A DNA stretch of 64,000 bases, taken from the NCBI GenBank assembly GCA_902558105.1, contig CACECR010000001.1, positions 985 to 64,984 of the forward strand, written 5' to 3'. This DNA comes from an uncultured Candidatus Marinamargulisbacteria bacterium. Its GTDB lineage: Bacteria; Margulisbacteria; Marinamargulisbacteria; UBA817; CACECR01. A program made the translations under genes and the position numbers. The notes below the pieces were generated by a model. That model saw nothing but the letters and a program-made list of their open reading frames with translations, was not told where the DNA came from and did not search any database. Positions 1 to 9,885 of this stretch are shown here, in pieces; the first letter of the stretch is position 1, and every line of letters starts with the position of its first letter.

Positions 1-8
1 GAGAAACT

Positions 9-632
9 ATGTTAATTAAGCAATATTTATTAGGCCCTATGGCTAATTTTATTTATATCATTGTTGATGAGTCTAGCTCAAAGGTGGCGATAGTGGATCC
101 TGCTTGGGAAGTTCCTTTTCTTATTGATGAACTTGAGAAAAACCAGTGGGAATTAGAAAAAGTATTACTGACACATGGACATAATGATCATGTTAATGGA
201 ATAGAAGAGCTGTTGGCATATAAAGAGGTTCCTGTTTATTTGTCTCAGGATGAGGCTCCTTTTTACACACCTAAAGTGGAGTTGGAACGATTGTCTGATG
301 GTGATACTGTATCAGTTGGCAGCTCATCGTTAACTGTTCTTTCTACTCCTGGGCATTCATCTGGATGTGTTTGTTATTGTTCAGATACGAATATCATTGC
401 AGGTGATATGATTTTTATAGATGGTTGCGGACGGGTTGATTTGCCAGGTAGTGATCCTGAGGCAATGTATGATTCGTTAAGAAAGGTCTATCAGTTAGAT
501 GATCAGTTAATGGTTTGGCCTGGACATGATTATGGCTCGGTTCGTTCAGAGCGTTTAGGAAACTTGAAAAAGACAAACCCATACTTGTCGGCTGTTGATA
601 AGTCCGACTTTTTTGAAAAACGAGGGGTGTAA
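9..632 (+). CDS. Metallo-beta-lactamase fold hydrolase (hydroxyacylglutathione hydrolase/GloB-like)
   Basis: THGHNDHVNG His-rich metal-binding motif and a later GH..GS motif typical of the MBL fold. ATG at 9; stop overlaps the next start (TAATG). Confidence 0.7.
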   Translation: MLIKQYLLGPMANFIYIIVDESSSKVAIVDPAWEVPFLIDELEKNQWELEKVLLTHGHNDHVNGIEELLAYKEVPVYLSQDEAPFYTPKVELERLSDGDTVSVGSSSLTVLSTPGHSSGCVCYCSDTNIIAGDMIFIDGCGRVDLPGSDPEAMYDSLRKVYQLDDQLMVWPGHDYGSVRSERLGNLKKTNPYLSAVDKSDFFEKRGV

Positions 633-2713
633 TGCAACGCATTAATTTGGCTTTGGAAGAGGGTAGATTTGAGGATGCTTATGCTTTTTTTCAGGAAGAT
701 TATTCTGAAAAAGCTTTAACTAATGATGCGGCTCTATTAAATTTAAAAGTTTTATTTTTTAATCAAAAATATCAACAAGTTCTTAATGATATTGATTGGC
801 CGTCAATAAAATCTTCGGCATCTGATGAGCATGTTATGTATTACGGGGTTTCTTTAGATTACTCTGGGCATGCACAGTTGGCATATTCTCTTTTTTTGGA
901 TCATTTTGGAAAAGATTCAGAGTCGATTGGAATCTGTCGTTTTTTGGCTGTTTTATCTTCTAAGCTCTCTCGATGGAGTGATGCGGTCTATTACTATCAA
1001 CGTGTGTTTGAGTTATCTAATAAAGATTTGGATAATTTTTCAGCAATCGTTAATGCGTATTCAAAATTAGAAGATAAACGCGAAGGTGCACAGTTTCTTT
1101 CTGATTATATTTTAATATTTACTGGTGCAGACTTTGAGCGATTTTCAGATGATTTTACTATCCAGAGTGTTTTGTCAATTTTACTAGATGTTAAAGACTA
1201 TGATGTGATCATTACTTTTTGTAATCGGCTTATTTCTGCGGATTTAGATTTTTCTAATAAATGTTATTTTGCAAAGGTTATTGCAATATTTTTAAATTTT
1301 TATCTTTATAATAAAGAGTTAATGAGACTGTGTTTTTCAATACTTGAAAAATCGCAAGATCCACTAGATCAGCTATTTAGGTTGAACTTTGTTCAGTGTA
1401 ATTATTTTAATTCATCAGAAATTGAGTCTAAAAAAAGGTCTTTAGATCAGTTGCCTAACACAATTCAGACACTTTCTTTAACTGATTTTTCAATACAAAA
1501 TTATTATTCATTAATAAATAATAATTTTTATGCGATTTATCATGGGTATTCAATAAAACAGTATTTTTCTACATTATATGACTTTTTAAGTCCGCTCTTG
1601 CCGCAATTGCCAGCTGTAAAAGTAAAGACTCACCATAAACCGCGTTTAGGGATTATCAGTAATTATTTTTTTAATCATTCGGTGATGCATTTTTATTCTA
1701 AATTTATTGAATCACTTCCAGATACTTTTGATGTCTATATTTTGATGTTAACATTTGATCAGAAAACATTAGAGTACGTTAAATGTCATTTTAAAGGTGA
1801 TCATTTTAACTTTATTAATTTATCTAATTTAGAGTATTCTCAAAGATGTTTAGACATTATAGATTTAGAATTATCTGGTTTGTTTTTTCTGGATATTCAC
1901 ATGAATCATGATTCGACGGCTCTTGCAATGTATCGATTAGCCCCTATTCAATTTACTGGTATGGGACATCCTATAACGTCTGGAATGAAGTCTATAGATT
2001 ATTACTTATCATCTGATATTTTTGAACCTCAGGATGCGGATCATCACTATACGGAATCACTGGTTCGAATTCCAGGTATGCCCATTTATTATACTATTGA
2101 TGAGTCACATTCTGATTTTACATGGTGTGACATAGGGTTTGATCTAAATGATCATATTTATTTTTGTCCGATGGCGCCATTTAAGCTCATGCCAGAGTTT
2201 GATGAGATTATCGAACAGATACTTATAAAGGATAATTTAGCAAAAATTGTGTTTGTTAAATTTAGAAATGTCGATACGATTGTTTTAGAGAGATTTGCAA
2301 AGTTCTCTTCTAAGATTAGGGAGCGAATTAGTTGGATTGAACCTGTAGTATTTTCAGATTATTTAGCGTTACTTAAAGGGGCTTCGGTTGTTTTAGATAC
2401 ATTCCCTTTTAGTGGTGGTAATACAATTTTACAATCTTTTTTTGTTGGCACTCCAGTTGCAACATTAGAAGGTAAGTTTATGAGAGGGCGTTTTACGTCG
2501 GGATATTATCGCCGAATGGGATTAGAACGTTTTATTAATTATTCAAAAAAGGACTATGTTACCTTTGCACTCGAATGTGCGAGTAACCAGGAGCATCGTA
2601 CTAAGATTCGAAATCTTATCCTAGAAAAAAACGCCTCTCTTTTTAATCAGTTAGATGGAATCAATTATTTAATGGATTTTATCTTTCAGGCAATTAGTCA
2701 GACTGAGAAATAA
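632..2713 (+). CDS. TPR-repeat glycosyltransferase, GT41 (O-GlcNAc transferase/SPINDLY-like) family
   Basis: N-terminal TPR-like helical repeats. The C-terminal half carries OGT-like catalytic-domain patterns (GMGHPITSG, FCPMAPFKLMPEFD, FSGGNTILQS). 693 aa. Confidence 0.6.
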   Translation: MQRINLALEEGRFEDAYAFFQEDYSEKALTNDAALLNLKVLFFNQKYQQVLNDIDWPSIKSSASDEHVMYYGVSLDYSGHAQLAYSLFLDHFGKDSESIGICRFLAVLSSKLSRWSDAVYYYQRVFELSNKDLDNFSAIVNAYSKLEDKREGAQFLSDYILIFTGADFERFSDDFTIQSVLSILLDVKDYDVIITFCNRLISADLDFSNKCYFAKVIAIFLNFYLYNKELMRLCFSILEKSQDPLDQLFRLNFVQCNYFNSSEIESKKRSLDQLPNTIQTLSLTDFSIQNYYSLINNNFYAIYHGYSIKQYFSTLYDFLSPLLPQLPAVKVKTHHKPRLGIISNYFFNHSVMHFYSKFIESLPDTFDVYILMLTFDQKTLEYVKCHFKGDHFNFINLSNLEYSQRCLDIIDLELSGLFFLDIHMNHDSTALAMYRLAPIQFTGMGHPITSGMKSIDYYLSSDIFEPQDADHHYTESLVRIPGMPIYYTIDESHSDFTWCDIGFDLNDHIYFCPMAPFKLMPEFDEIIEQILIKDNLAKIVFVKFRNVDTIVLERFAKFSSKIRERISWIEPVVFSDYLALLKGASVVLDTFPFSGGNTILQSFFVGTPVATLEGKFMRGRFTSGYYRRMGLERFINYSKKDYVTFALECASNQEHRTKIRNLILEKNASLFNQLDGINYLMDFIFQAISQTEK

Positions 2714-3782
2714 CACCGCCACCAATTAACTCGTCGTTTTTGTAAAGTACGCATGATTGCCCAATTGCAATTCCATCTTGTGGGATCTCAAGTTGGATTG
2801 TTGCCGTTTGATTCGATAGGTCTGCATTACTAACACGACCATAAATTGTTTTCATTTGATAGCGTGTTTTTATTTCAAAGTTTTCATTTGTGATGTCTCG
2901 TTTTGGATCTGTAATAGAGAACGTATGAAGTTGGATGTGTTGTTTTGGAAGATCTTCTTTTTGTCCCACTGTGACAATTTGAGTGAGTGGATCAATTTTT
3001 ATAACGTACAAGGGGTGGGGGGCAGAGAGATTAAGACCTTTACGTTGACCAATTGTAAATTGATAAATTCCATCATGATTTCCAAGGGTATTTCCTTCTA
3101 AATCGCGGATTTCTCCCGGATGTTTTTTTTCAGCCGGAATATGACTTTTTACATAGTCTTTGTATGATTTTTGTGACACAAAACAGATTTCTTGGCTATC
3201 GGCTTTTTTTGCGTTAATAAGTTGTTTTTCACTAGCAATTTCACGAACTTTATCTTTTGTAAGATGGCCCAGTGGGAATAGAATATGTTTGAGTTTTTCT
3301 TGTGGAATCATGTAAAGAAAGTAGGATTGATCTTTTTTTGGATCGTGACCTTTAAAAATTCTTAAATTATTGGTTTGATCGTCTTTTTTAATCTGACAGT
3401 AGTGTCCAGTGGCTACAAAATCAGCTTTTAAACTATCGGCATAACTCCAAAGTTCATCGAACTTTATATATCGGTTGCACTCAACACAAGGATTTGGCGT
3501 TTCACCATTTGCATAACTATTAATAAATGGGTTAATTACATGATCTTGAAAGGCTTTTCGACTGTTAATAGTGTAATGAGGAATTCCTAATTTACCGCAT
3601 ACTTTTTTAGCATCATGAACAGCTCCTAAATTACAACATGCAGACTGTTTACTATCTTCTTCAGGAAGTAGTTGCATCGTCATTCCTATCACATCATACC
3701 CTTGGTCTAAAAGAAGTGCCGCTGTTACGGAAGAATCAACTCCTCCACTCATACCCACAATTACTCGTTGTTTTTTATTCAT
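2694..3782 (-). CDS. mnmA: tRNA-specific 2-thiouridylase MnmA
   Basis: PP-loop VGMSGGVDSSV, conserved Cys residues, 362 aa, collinear with MnmA. Confidence 0.9.
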   Translation of the reverse strand: MNKKQRVIVGMSGGVDSSVTAALLLDQGYDVIGMTMQLLPEEDSKQSACCNLGAVHDAKKVCGKLGIPHYTINSRKAFQDHVINPFINSYANGETPNPCVECNRYIKFDELWSYADSLKADFVATGHYCQIKKDDQTNNLRIFKGHDPKKDQSYFLYMIPQEKLKHILFPLGHLTKDKVREIASEKQLINAKKADSQEICFVSQKSYKDYVKSHIPAEKKHPGEIRDLEGNTLGNHDGIYQFTIGQRKGLNLSAPHPLYVIKIDPLTQIVTVGQKEDLPKQHIQLHTFSITDPKRDITNENFEIKTRYQMKTIYGRVSNADLSNQTATIQLEIPQDGIAIGQSCVLYKNDELIGGGVISQSD

Positions 3783-4006
3783 TATCTACAAAAATTTCAT
3801 TAATCGTAACCTAAGAGTATACGGTATTAAATCAGATTTGTCGAATTTTCTCTTATAAATGACGCTTGTTTTCAATGGGGACTTGGTGATGAGATGTAAA
3901 TAATTTATCATGCTGTGAATTATTATAAATGCTTATCGAATGTAACTGCTTAAGTCTAGATTCTTTCATCATGCTCTCCCTTTACTTTTAATAAGTTATC
4001 GGTTTA

Positions 4007-4630
4007 TTAGAATAAAACTTGAGGCTTTTTGATAATTATTTTCTTTATTTTGATTGTGTTAACAGGCATATTTTGATGAGGACCCACTGACGTTGTTTCT
4101 ATAATATTCAAACGATTTAATACTTCAATATTTTGTTTTTTTGACGTAATTTTTCCAAAAACAGCATATCCATATCCATTGTTTGTTTTGTTTCGATGGT
4201 CTAAAAAAGAATTATTTTTTAAGTTGATAAAGAATTGACTAGTTGCACTGTGTGGAGCCATTGTTCGCGCCATGGCTATGGTACCTTTTGTGTTTTTTCT
4301 GTTTAAACTTGCTTCGTTTTTAATTGGAGGGTTGGTTGCTTTAATTTTGAGTGTTTCAGTATAGCCTCCTCCTTGTGCCATAAAGTTGGGGATTATTCTG
4401 TGGATAATAGTGTCATTATAGAATCCCGATTCAGCATAATTTATAAAATTTTTAACTGTTTCTGGCGCTTTTTTGTTATAGAGTTTTAACTCTAAAGTTT
4501 GATTGTCTTGTTGATCAAATTCTAAATAAATGATAGCTGTACTGCTGTAATTATTATAAAAGTTTAATAGATGACCAATTAACCCTAATAAGACTATAAT
4601 TGATAAAATGATTATATATTTTTTGTTCAT
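4007..4630 (-). CDS. ppiB: Peptidyl-prolyl cis-trans isomerase, cyclophilin type, with N-terminal signal/anchor
   Basis: IHRIIPNFMAQGGG and GYAVFGKI cyclophilin motifs. Hydrophobic N-terminus. Confidence 0.8.
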   Translation of the reverse strand: MNKKYIIILSIIVLLGLIGHLLNFYNNYSSTAIIYLEFDQQDNQTLELKLYNKKAPETVKNFINYAESGFYNDTIIHRIIPNFMAQGGGYTETLKIKATNPPIKNEASLNRKNTKGTIAMARTMAPHSATSQFFINLKNNSFLDHRNKTNNGYGYAVFGKITSKKQNIEVLNRLNIIETTSVGPHQNMPVNTIKIKKIIIKKPQVLF

Positions 4631-4776
4631 AATAGTATGATCATATCATAGTGATTTTATTTGAGGCTAGTTTCGAATAGTTCTCAGACTCAAATTCGCT
4701 TGACTAGATGCTGTTTTTTTGTTAATTTAAACCATCTGTACAACATAAATACTAAAATCTTTAACGAGGAGAAAAC

Positions 4777-5394
4777 ATGACGAAGACATCTAAAAGACCG
4801 AAGTTTAAAACGCAACGTCGTTTACGAACTGAGCTTCCGGGATTAGGACGACCATTTGCTATTAAAGAATCTGATTCTAAAAAAGGTGGGTCTCGTCGCT
4901 TATCAGATTTCGGTGTTCGTTTGCAAGAAAAGCAAAAAATTTGTTTTCACTATGGTGTACAGGAAAAACAATTAAAAAATATAATTCGTCGTGCTCGTAA
5001 AATGAAGTCTGCAAACTGGGTTGACTCATTAATGGGTAATTTAGAATCTCGTCTAGATAATGTTGTATTTCGTTTAGGTTTAGCTAGAAGTATTTCAGCT
5101 GCACGACAAATTGTTCGTCATGGACATGTTATTGTTAATGGTAAAGTTAAAAGCTTTCCAGGTTTTGAGTGTTCAATTGGTGATAAAATCGAGTTTTCTG
5201 AGAAAATTCAAAAGTCATTAAATTTTGAATTTGCATTTAAGAACCCAAGATTGGCTGAAATTCCATCATATTTATCACGAAGTGAAGCTGGTAATAAAAT
5301 TACCGCTGAGTTTATTGCTCAACCTCATTTCGAACATGTTCCATTTGCATTAGAATCACGTTATATTGCGGAGCGTTACGGACATATTAGATAA
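4777..5394 (+). CDS. rpsD: 30S ribosomal protein S4
   Basis: N-terminal KRPKFK...RRL..ELPGL and S4-domain sequence. GAGGAG SD 8 nt upstream. Confidence 0.9.
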   Translation: MTKTSKRPKFKTQRRLRTELPGLGRPFAIKESDSKKGGSRRLSDFGVRLQEKQKICFHYGVQEKQLKNIIRRARKMKSANWVDSLMGNLESRLDNVVFRLGLARSISAARQIVRHGHVIVNGKVKSFPGFECSIGDKIEFSEKIQKSLNFEFAFKNPRLAEIPSYLSRSEAGNKITAEFIAQPHFEHVPFALESRYIAERYGHIR

Positions 5395-5424
5395 GTTATC
5401 TTAACTTTAAATATTTAAAATCAA

Positions 5425-5456
5425 ATGATACACTTTTTATGTGTATCATTTTTTTG
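5425..5456 (+). terminator. Rho-independent terminator downstream of rpsD
   Basis: Perfect 9-bp stem ATGATACAC/GTGTATCAT with a 7-nt loop, followed by a T7 run. Confidence 0.7.
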
Positions 5457-5465
5457 GAGTTTTGA

Positions 5466-6716
5466 ATGTTAGCCGAACTGAGCTTATTTTTAGGTAGTAT
5501 GGATATTCCAATCGAATATGTGCCCAATTTAACCATGGGAATTGCTTTCATTTCGGTTATTTTAACGACTTTTTTTCTGCACTTATTATTGCGATCGATA
5601 TTTTTGCCTGTTATAAAGAAAGTTATTCTACAAACAGAATTTGTATGGGATGATGCTCTTATCGAAAGTGGTTTACTTAATCGCTTATTTCAGTTAATTC
5701 CAATCGTTATACTCTATGTTGTGTTACCTGTTGCTTTTATTCACCTTAAGTTTATTGATTATTTATTGTTATTTTTAGAAACGCTTATGGTGTTGTGGGG
5801 AGCATTAGTGGTCAATAGTTTTTTGACCGCTGTGTTAATTTTTTCGAAGTCCTTGCGTTTGTATAAAACAGTTGCGTTAAGAAGCTATATACAGGTATTA
5901 CGGTTAATTGTCTTTTTCATTTCATCGATTGTTATTATTTCGATGATTATTGGGAAGAGTCCAACGGTACTTTTGAGTGGTTTAGGTGCGTTGTCTGCTG
6001 TTTTACTTTTAGTTTTTAAAGATACAATTATGGGCTTTGTAGCTAGTATGCAATTGACCTTTAATAAGCTTGTTGAAACTGGAGATTGGATTGAGGTGCC
6101 AGAATATGGTGCCGATGGAAATGTTGTCGATGTATCTTTAACCACCATTAAAGTTCAAAACTGGGATAAAACAATTACGACCATACCTACTTATTCTTTA
6201 GTTTCTGGTTCTTTCAAAAACTGGCGAGGTATGGAGGAGTCCGGGGGGAGGCGTATTAAACGTTCTGTTTATATTGATATGACGAGTGTAAAGTTTATAA
6301 CAGAGACCATTAAGGAGCGGTTGACTAAACTTTCTATTTTGTCAGATTGGATGGCTAATCGATTAGATGAAATTGATGCATACAATCAAGGACATGGAAT
6401 TGTTTCGGATACTCACTTAAATGGAAGACATTTAACTAATTTAGGTGTTTTTAGAGCTTATTTGGAGCTTTATTTGCATCATCATCCGGCTATACGTGAT
6501 GATATGACGTTTTTAGTTCGTCATTTGGAACCGACTGAGAAAGGTGTGCCAGTTGAATTTTATGTGTTTAGTAAAACACAAGATTGGGCGGCTTTTGAGG
6601 CGATTCAAGCGGATATTATGGATCACATTTTAGCGATACTTCCTCAGTTTGGATTACGTATCTATCAGTCTCCAACTGGTTACGATTTTAAGTTTTTAGC
6701 CTATTCTAAATCATGA
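5466..6716 (+). CDS. Mechanosensitive ion channel, MscS family
   Basis: Multi-TM N-terminal half. MscS beta-domain signature VVDVSLTTIKVQNWDKTITTIPN-like. 416 aa. Confidence 0.75.
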   Translation: MLAELSLFLGSMDIPIEYVPNLTMGIAFISVILTTFFLHLLLRSIFLPVIKKVILQTEFVWDDALIESGLLNRLFQLIPIVILYVVLPVAFIHLKFIDYLLLFLETLMVLWGALVVNSFLTAVLIFSKSLRLYKTVALRSYIQVLRLIVFFISSIVIISMIIGKSPTVLLSGLGALSAVLLLVFKDTIMGFVASMQLTFNKLVETGDWIEVPEYGADGNVVDVSLTTIKVQNWDKTITTIPTYSLVSGSFKNWRGMEESGGRRIKRSVYIDMTSVKFITETIKERLTKLSILSDWMANRLDEIDAYNQGHGIVSDTHLNGRHLTNLGVFRAYLELYLHHHPAIRDDMTFLVRHLEPTEKGVPVEFYVFSKTQDWAAFEAIQADIMDHILAILPQFGLRIYQSPTGYDFKFLAYSKS

Positions 6717-7648
6717 CTAAGTTTGCATTACTTAACGGGCAATTAGTTCAGTATGGCGCAAAAATAGTAAATCGATGTAACGTTTTTTTAAACTCCAAAG
6801 GTGCCATTTTAGGCTTGGGTTATGTTCCAGATTTAGAAGATGATGAGTTTACTCAGGTTGATTTAAATGGAGGATCTATTTATCCGTTTGTTTCAAATAT
6901 TGCTTTTAATGCTACAGACTCCTTGGCGTCGCTTAAGGACGTATCTTGCCCCTTTGCTTGGTCTACAGACGCGTCGCCATTAAATACGTTAGATGAGGTA
7001 AATGCATTAGCTAAACAAATGGGCGGTTCGGTCGTTGTAATGCCCAATTTATTAACAGAAGGTCAGTATTTAAATTCATTATATGATTTTTTTAGATTAG
7101 GTTATCAAACGTTTTATCAGACTTTAGAAATGGTGGATAGTGAGTCGTTAATGGAGGCTTTTCAGGAGTTGTCTGTGTTGAAAGGATCCGTTTTATTAGA
7201 TGCTACGTCTTTTGGCTTGGATGATTTTGTTGACGGACTCATTAATTGTCTACATGCCGCACCAGGGGTTCGTGTTGTATTGAAAGGACTTCAATCATTT
7301 GAGCAGCTTTCTCGATTAAAGGAAATGTCTATGGATGGCTTTTCGGTGGTTTTAAATTCTGATTATTTTGTCACTTGGTTTAAAAAAGATTATAACTATA
7401 TGATTGGTTGTATAGAGTCAGGATTAATTTCTGGAGTTTATTCCAGAAAAGGGGTCTCTTCTTTATTGAAGGTCCTTAAACAAGAGTGTCAGTTAGATAC
7501 AATTACTACTGCTAAGGTATTAGGGGAGACGTATTGTCAGTTAATGTCTCCTGAGTTTTTAGATTGGTCTGTACAGGATAAACCAAGTATTGTTTTAGAC
7601 TCCAGCCCTGAATTAATGGTATTTAGAGATGGAATGCTTGTAAATTAA
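6713..7648 (+). CDS. Hypothetical protein, amidohydrolase/dihydroorotase-like N-terminus lacking the metal-binding HxH
   Basis: Start overlaps the mscS stop (ATGA). The N-terminus resembles the composite-domain entry of amidohydrolases (LLNGQLV...VDLNGGSIYP), but no HxH is present. Confidence 0.4.
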   Translation: MTKFALLNGQLVQYGAKIVNRCNVFLNSKGAILGLGYVPDLEDDEFTQVDLNGGSIYPFVSNIAFNATDSLASLKDVSCPFAWSTDASPLNTLDEVNALAKQMGGSVVVMPNLLTEGQYLNSLYDFFRLGYQTFYQTLEMVDSESLMEAFQELSVLKGSVLLDATSFGLDDFVDGLINCLHAAPGVRVVLKGLQSFEQLSRLKEMSMDGFSVVLNSDYFVTWFKKDYNYMIGCIESGLISGVYSRKGVSSLLKVLKQECQLDTITTAKVLGETYCQLMSPEFLDWSVQDKPSIVLDSSPELMVFRDGMLVN

Positions 7649-7694
7649 AGGATAGTTTGTTTTACTGAACGTTATTTTTCATGAAAGTTAACTG

Positions 7695-8111
7695 ATGCCT
7701 ATTTCTTCGATACAAACACCTAATCTTCAAGCATCTATTAGACAAGACGATGTGTCTGATATAGAGGACTCTACAGTAACAAATTATTGCTTTTCAGAAA
7801 AGTACGATAAGCCTATTATGGTATTTCAATGGTTATCATTTGCGATCTTTATTATGGTTGCGTGTAGAGTTGGAGATGGTAATGAGGTAACGTCTAATCC
7901 CTCAGCTGATTATTTTTTGATGGCCGCAATGGTACTTTTGACGGTCTCTCCTTTTATTTATAAATATATTTCGGCTAATTGTGTGAAGCAGTCACAAACT
8001 TTACAGGAAACTCAAATGGTAAGGGGGATGGATGCTAATTTATGTGAACCTACCATGATTTCGTCTCCTAGTGAGCCTGGAAGATTAACTATTCATGAAA
8101 CTTTTGTTTGA
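7695..8111 (+). CDS. Hypothetical small membrane protein with two closely spaced TM helices
   Basis: 138-aa ORF with a bilobed hydrophobic segment. No SD seen. The coding call is weak. Confidence 0.3.
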   Translation: MPISSIQTPNLQASIRQDDVSDIEDSTVTNYCFSEKYDKPIMVFQWLSFAIFIMVACRVGDGNEVTSNPSADYFLMAAMVLLTVSPFIYKYISANCVKQSQTLQETQMVRGMDANLCEPTMISSPSEPGRLTIHETFV

Positions 8112-8154
8112 TGATTTCTAGTATTTATAACTAAGATCATGTATAGTATTTCTT

Positions 8155-9825
8155 ATGGCTCATGTAACGTTTTATCGTAAATATCGATCTAAAACTTTTT
8201 CCGAATTAGTCGGTCAGGAACATATTGTTCAAACACTATCGAATGCGATTGAAAATGATCGTTTAGCACATGCTTATATTTTTTCAGGACCAAGAGGTAC
8301 TGGAAAAACATCAACAGCTCGTATTTTTGCTAAGTCGCTAAACTGTATAAATGGCCCGTCAATTACGCCATGTTTAAAGTGTGATAATTGTCTGAAAATT
8401 ACTTCTGGGCAATCGGTAGATGTTCTTGAAATTGATGCGGCGTCTCATACGGGTGTAGATCATATGAGAGAATTAAACGACCAAGTAAAGTTCATGCCAG
8501 TTGAATGTAAATACAAAGTGTATATTATTGATGAGGTTCACATGCTCTCTACAGGTGCGTTTAATGCACTGTTAAAGACATTAGAAGAGCCCCCTAAAAA
8601 TGTCATTTTTATTTTAGCAACTACAGAGTCTCATAAAATTCCTGCTACAATTCACTCTAGATGTCAGCAGTTACATTTTAGACTATTAACTAATGATGAA
8701 TTGGTCAATCATTTATCGACTGTATCGACTCAAGAATCTATTACAATTGATTCACCTAGTTTGCATGCTATTGCAAGACAGTCTTCAGGTTGTATGAGAG
8801 ATGCGTTATCGTTACTAAATCAAGTTTATTCATTTAAAGGAAATTCAATTAGTCTTGAAGATGTTCAATTACTATTGGGGGCGATTGATTCCTCTCAAAT
8901 TCATACATTTATGAGCTCTTTTTTATCTGGTAATGAATCAGAGGCTTTAAATCAATTAAAACAAATGATTCATACTGGGGGGCATGTCCAACAGTTGGTT
9001 ACGCAGTTAACAGAAGCGGTTCAGTATTGTATTTATGCCAAACATAACATTTTATCTGAGTCTGATGTAGATGAAAAACGACGAGAGTCTTTTATTTCGA
9101 TGGTTGAGTCGATTCGTCTGGATCAATTAGTCGCATTATTAGAAGCTTTTGCTGCTTTAGAAACGAGTTTGCGACATTTTCCGAATCCTGGCATGTTAGT
9201 ACAGGTTAAGGTTGCGGTAATGATTCAGACTATTATTTTAAATATGCCAAGTGCGGCGCCATCAGTTCCACAATCACAACCGCCTCGTTCCGTATCTTCT
9301 CCTCAAGCATCTCAAGCGGCATCTCCAAAACGACCAGTGGCGCAAGAGACAATGTCAGTTCAGGCATTATCATCTCAACCTATCTCTAAGCAAGCAGCGG
9401 CACCTGTTACTGTTGATTCAAATAACCCATGGCCATCTGTATTGCGTGTGATTGAGCAAGAGAAAAAGGCACTTTATGCTATTTTGAATGGGTCCGTAAT
9501 GCTGGATCATACCACGTCACCTGTTACAGTAGTTTTAGGTGAAGATTATCGTTTCCCATTCTTTTTGGATAAGTTAAAAGAAGATAAAAATAACACCTGG
9601 TTAGTGGATAAATGGCAGACGTTAACAGGGTTTAAATCCAAGCTAGAGTTCACATTTAATGCGTCAAAAGCTTCTGTTAACTCTAAGAGTAATATTCCGG
9701 CTAAGACGGAAGCTTCTTCATCTGAAGCTGTTAGTGCTGAGTCAGAAGCTCCTGCTGTGAATAAAGATGCCGCCAAAACCGTCAATCATATTGTAAATAT
9801 GTTTCAGGGTAAGGTTGTTTCTTAG
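8155..9825 (+). CDS. dnaX: DNA polymerase III subunit gamma/tau
   Basis: GPRGTGKTS Walker A, zinc-binding Cys cluster, Q/S/P-rich linker. Conserved dnaX-ybaB-recR order. Confidence 0.9.
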   Translation: MAHVTFYRKYRSKTFSELVGQEHIVQTLSNAIENDRLAHAYIFSGPRGTGKTSTARIFAKSLNCINGPSITPCLKCDNCLKITSGQSVDVLEIDAASHTGVDHMRELNDQVKFMPVECKYKVYIIDEVHMLSTGAFNALLKTLEEPPKNVIFILATTESHKIPATIHSRCQQLHFRLLTNDELVNHLSTVSTQESITIDSPSLHAIARQSSGCMRDALSLLNQVYSFKGNSISLEDVQLLLGAIDSSQIHTFMSSFLSGNESEALNQLKQMIHTGGHVQQLVTQLTEAVQYCIYAKHNILSESDVDEKRRESFISMVESIRLDQLVALLEAFAALETSLRHFPNPGMLVQVKVAVMIQTIILNMPSAAPSVPQSQPPRSVSSPQASQAASPKRPVAQETMSVQALSSQPISKQAAAPVTVDSNNPWPSVLRVIEQEKKALYAILNGSVMLDHTTSPVTVVLGEDYRFPFFLDKLKEDKNNTWLVDKWQTLTGFKSKLEFTFNASKASVNSKSNIPAKTEASSSEAVSAESEAPAVNKDAAKTVNHIVNMFQGKVVS

Positions 9826-9885
9826 ATTTCTAGACATTCATACCGCTTTTTTGTATTGTATTGTTAGTAGATTAAGGAGTTCAAT

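Noticed and set aside
870-1070. Short ORFs nested inside or antisense to long conserved genes (for example 870..1070, 2856..3101, 5885..6148, 9251..9451, 9546..9785, 16047..16346, 21402..22028, 22463..22669, 22992..23345, 24030..24236, 25219..25452, 35609..36226, 37506..37751, 41629..41971, 43770..44043, 53146..53569, 58045..58314, 61446..61628, 62769..63038, 63147..63371)
   Set aside because: All lie within or opposite well-supported protein-coding genes. None has an SD or conserved motif. They are typical spurious frames in AT-rich DNA.
3121-3132. Homopolymeric A/T tracts inside coding regions (for example T8 in mnmA at about 3123, poly-Lys tracts in coaBC at about 24865 and at the rpoZ 3' end) as phase-variation switches
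   Set aside because: They encode Lys-rich linkers in housekeeping genes in an AT-rich genome. There is no evidence of alternative frames.
8155-9825. Programmed frameshift site in dnaX producing a gamma subunit
   Set aside because: I could not identify a convincing A AAA AAG slippery heptamer with a downstream stem-loop in the correct frame by eye. This needs computational frameshift-site scanning.
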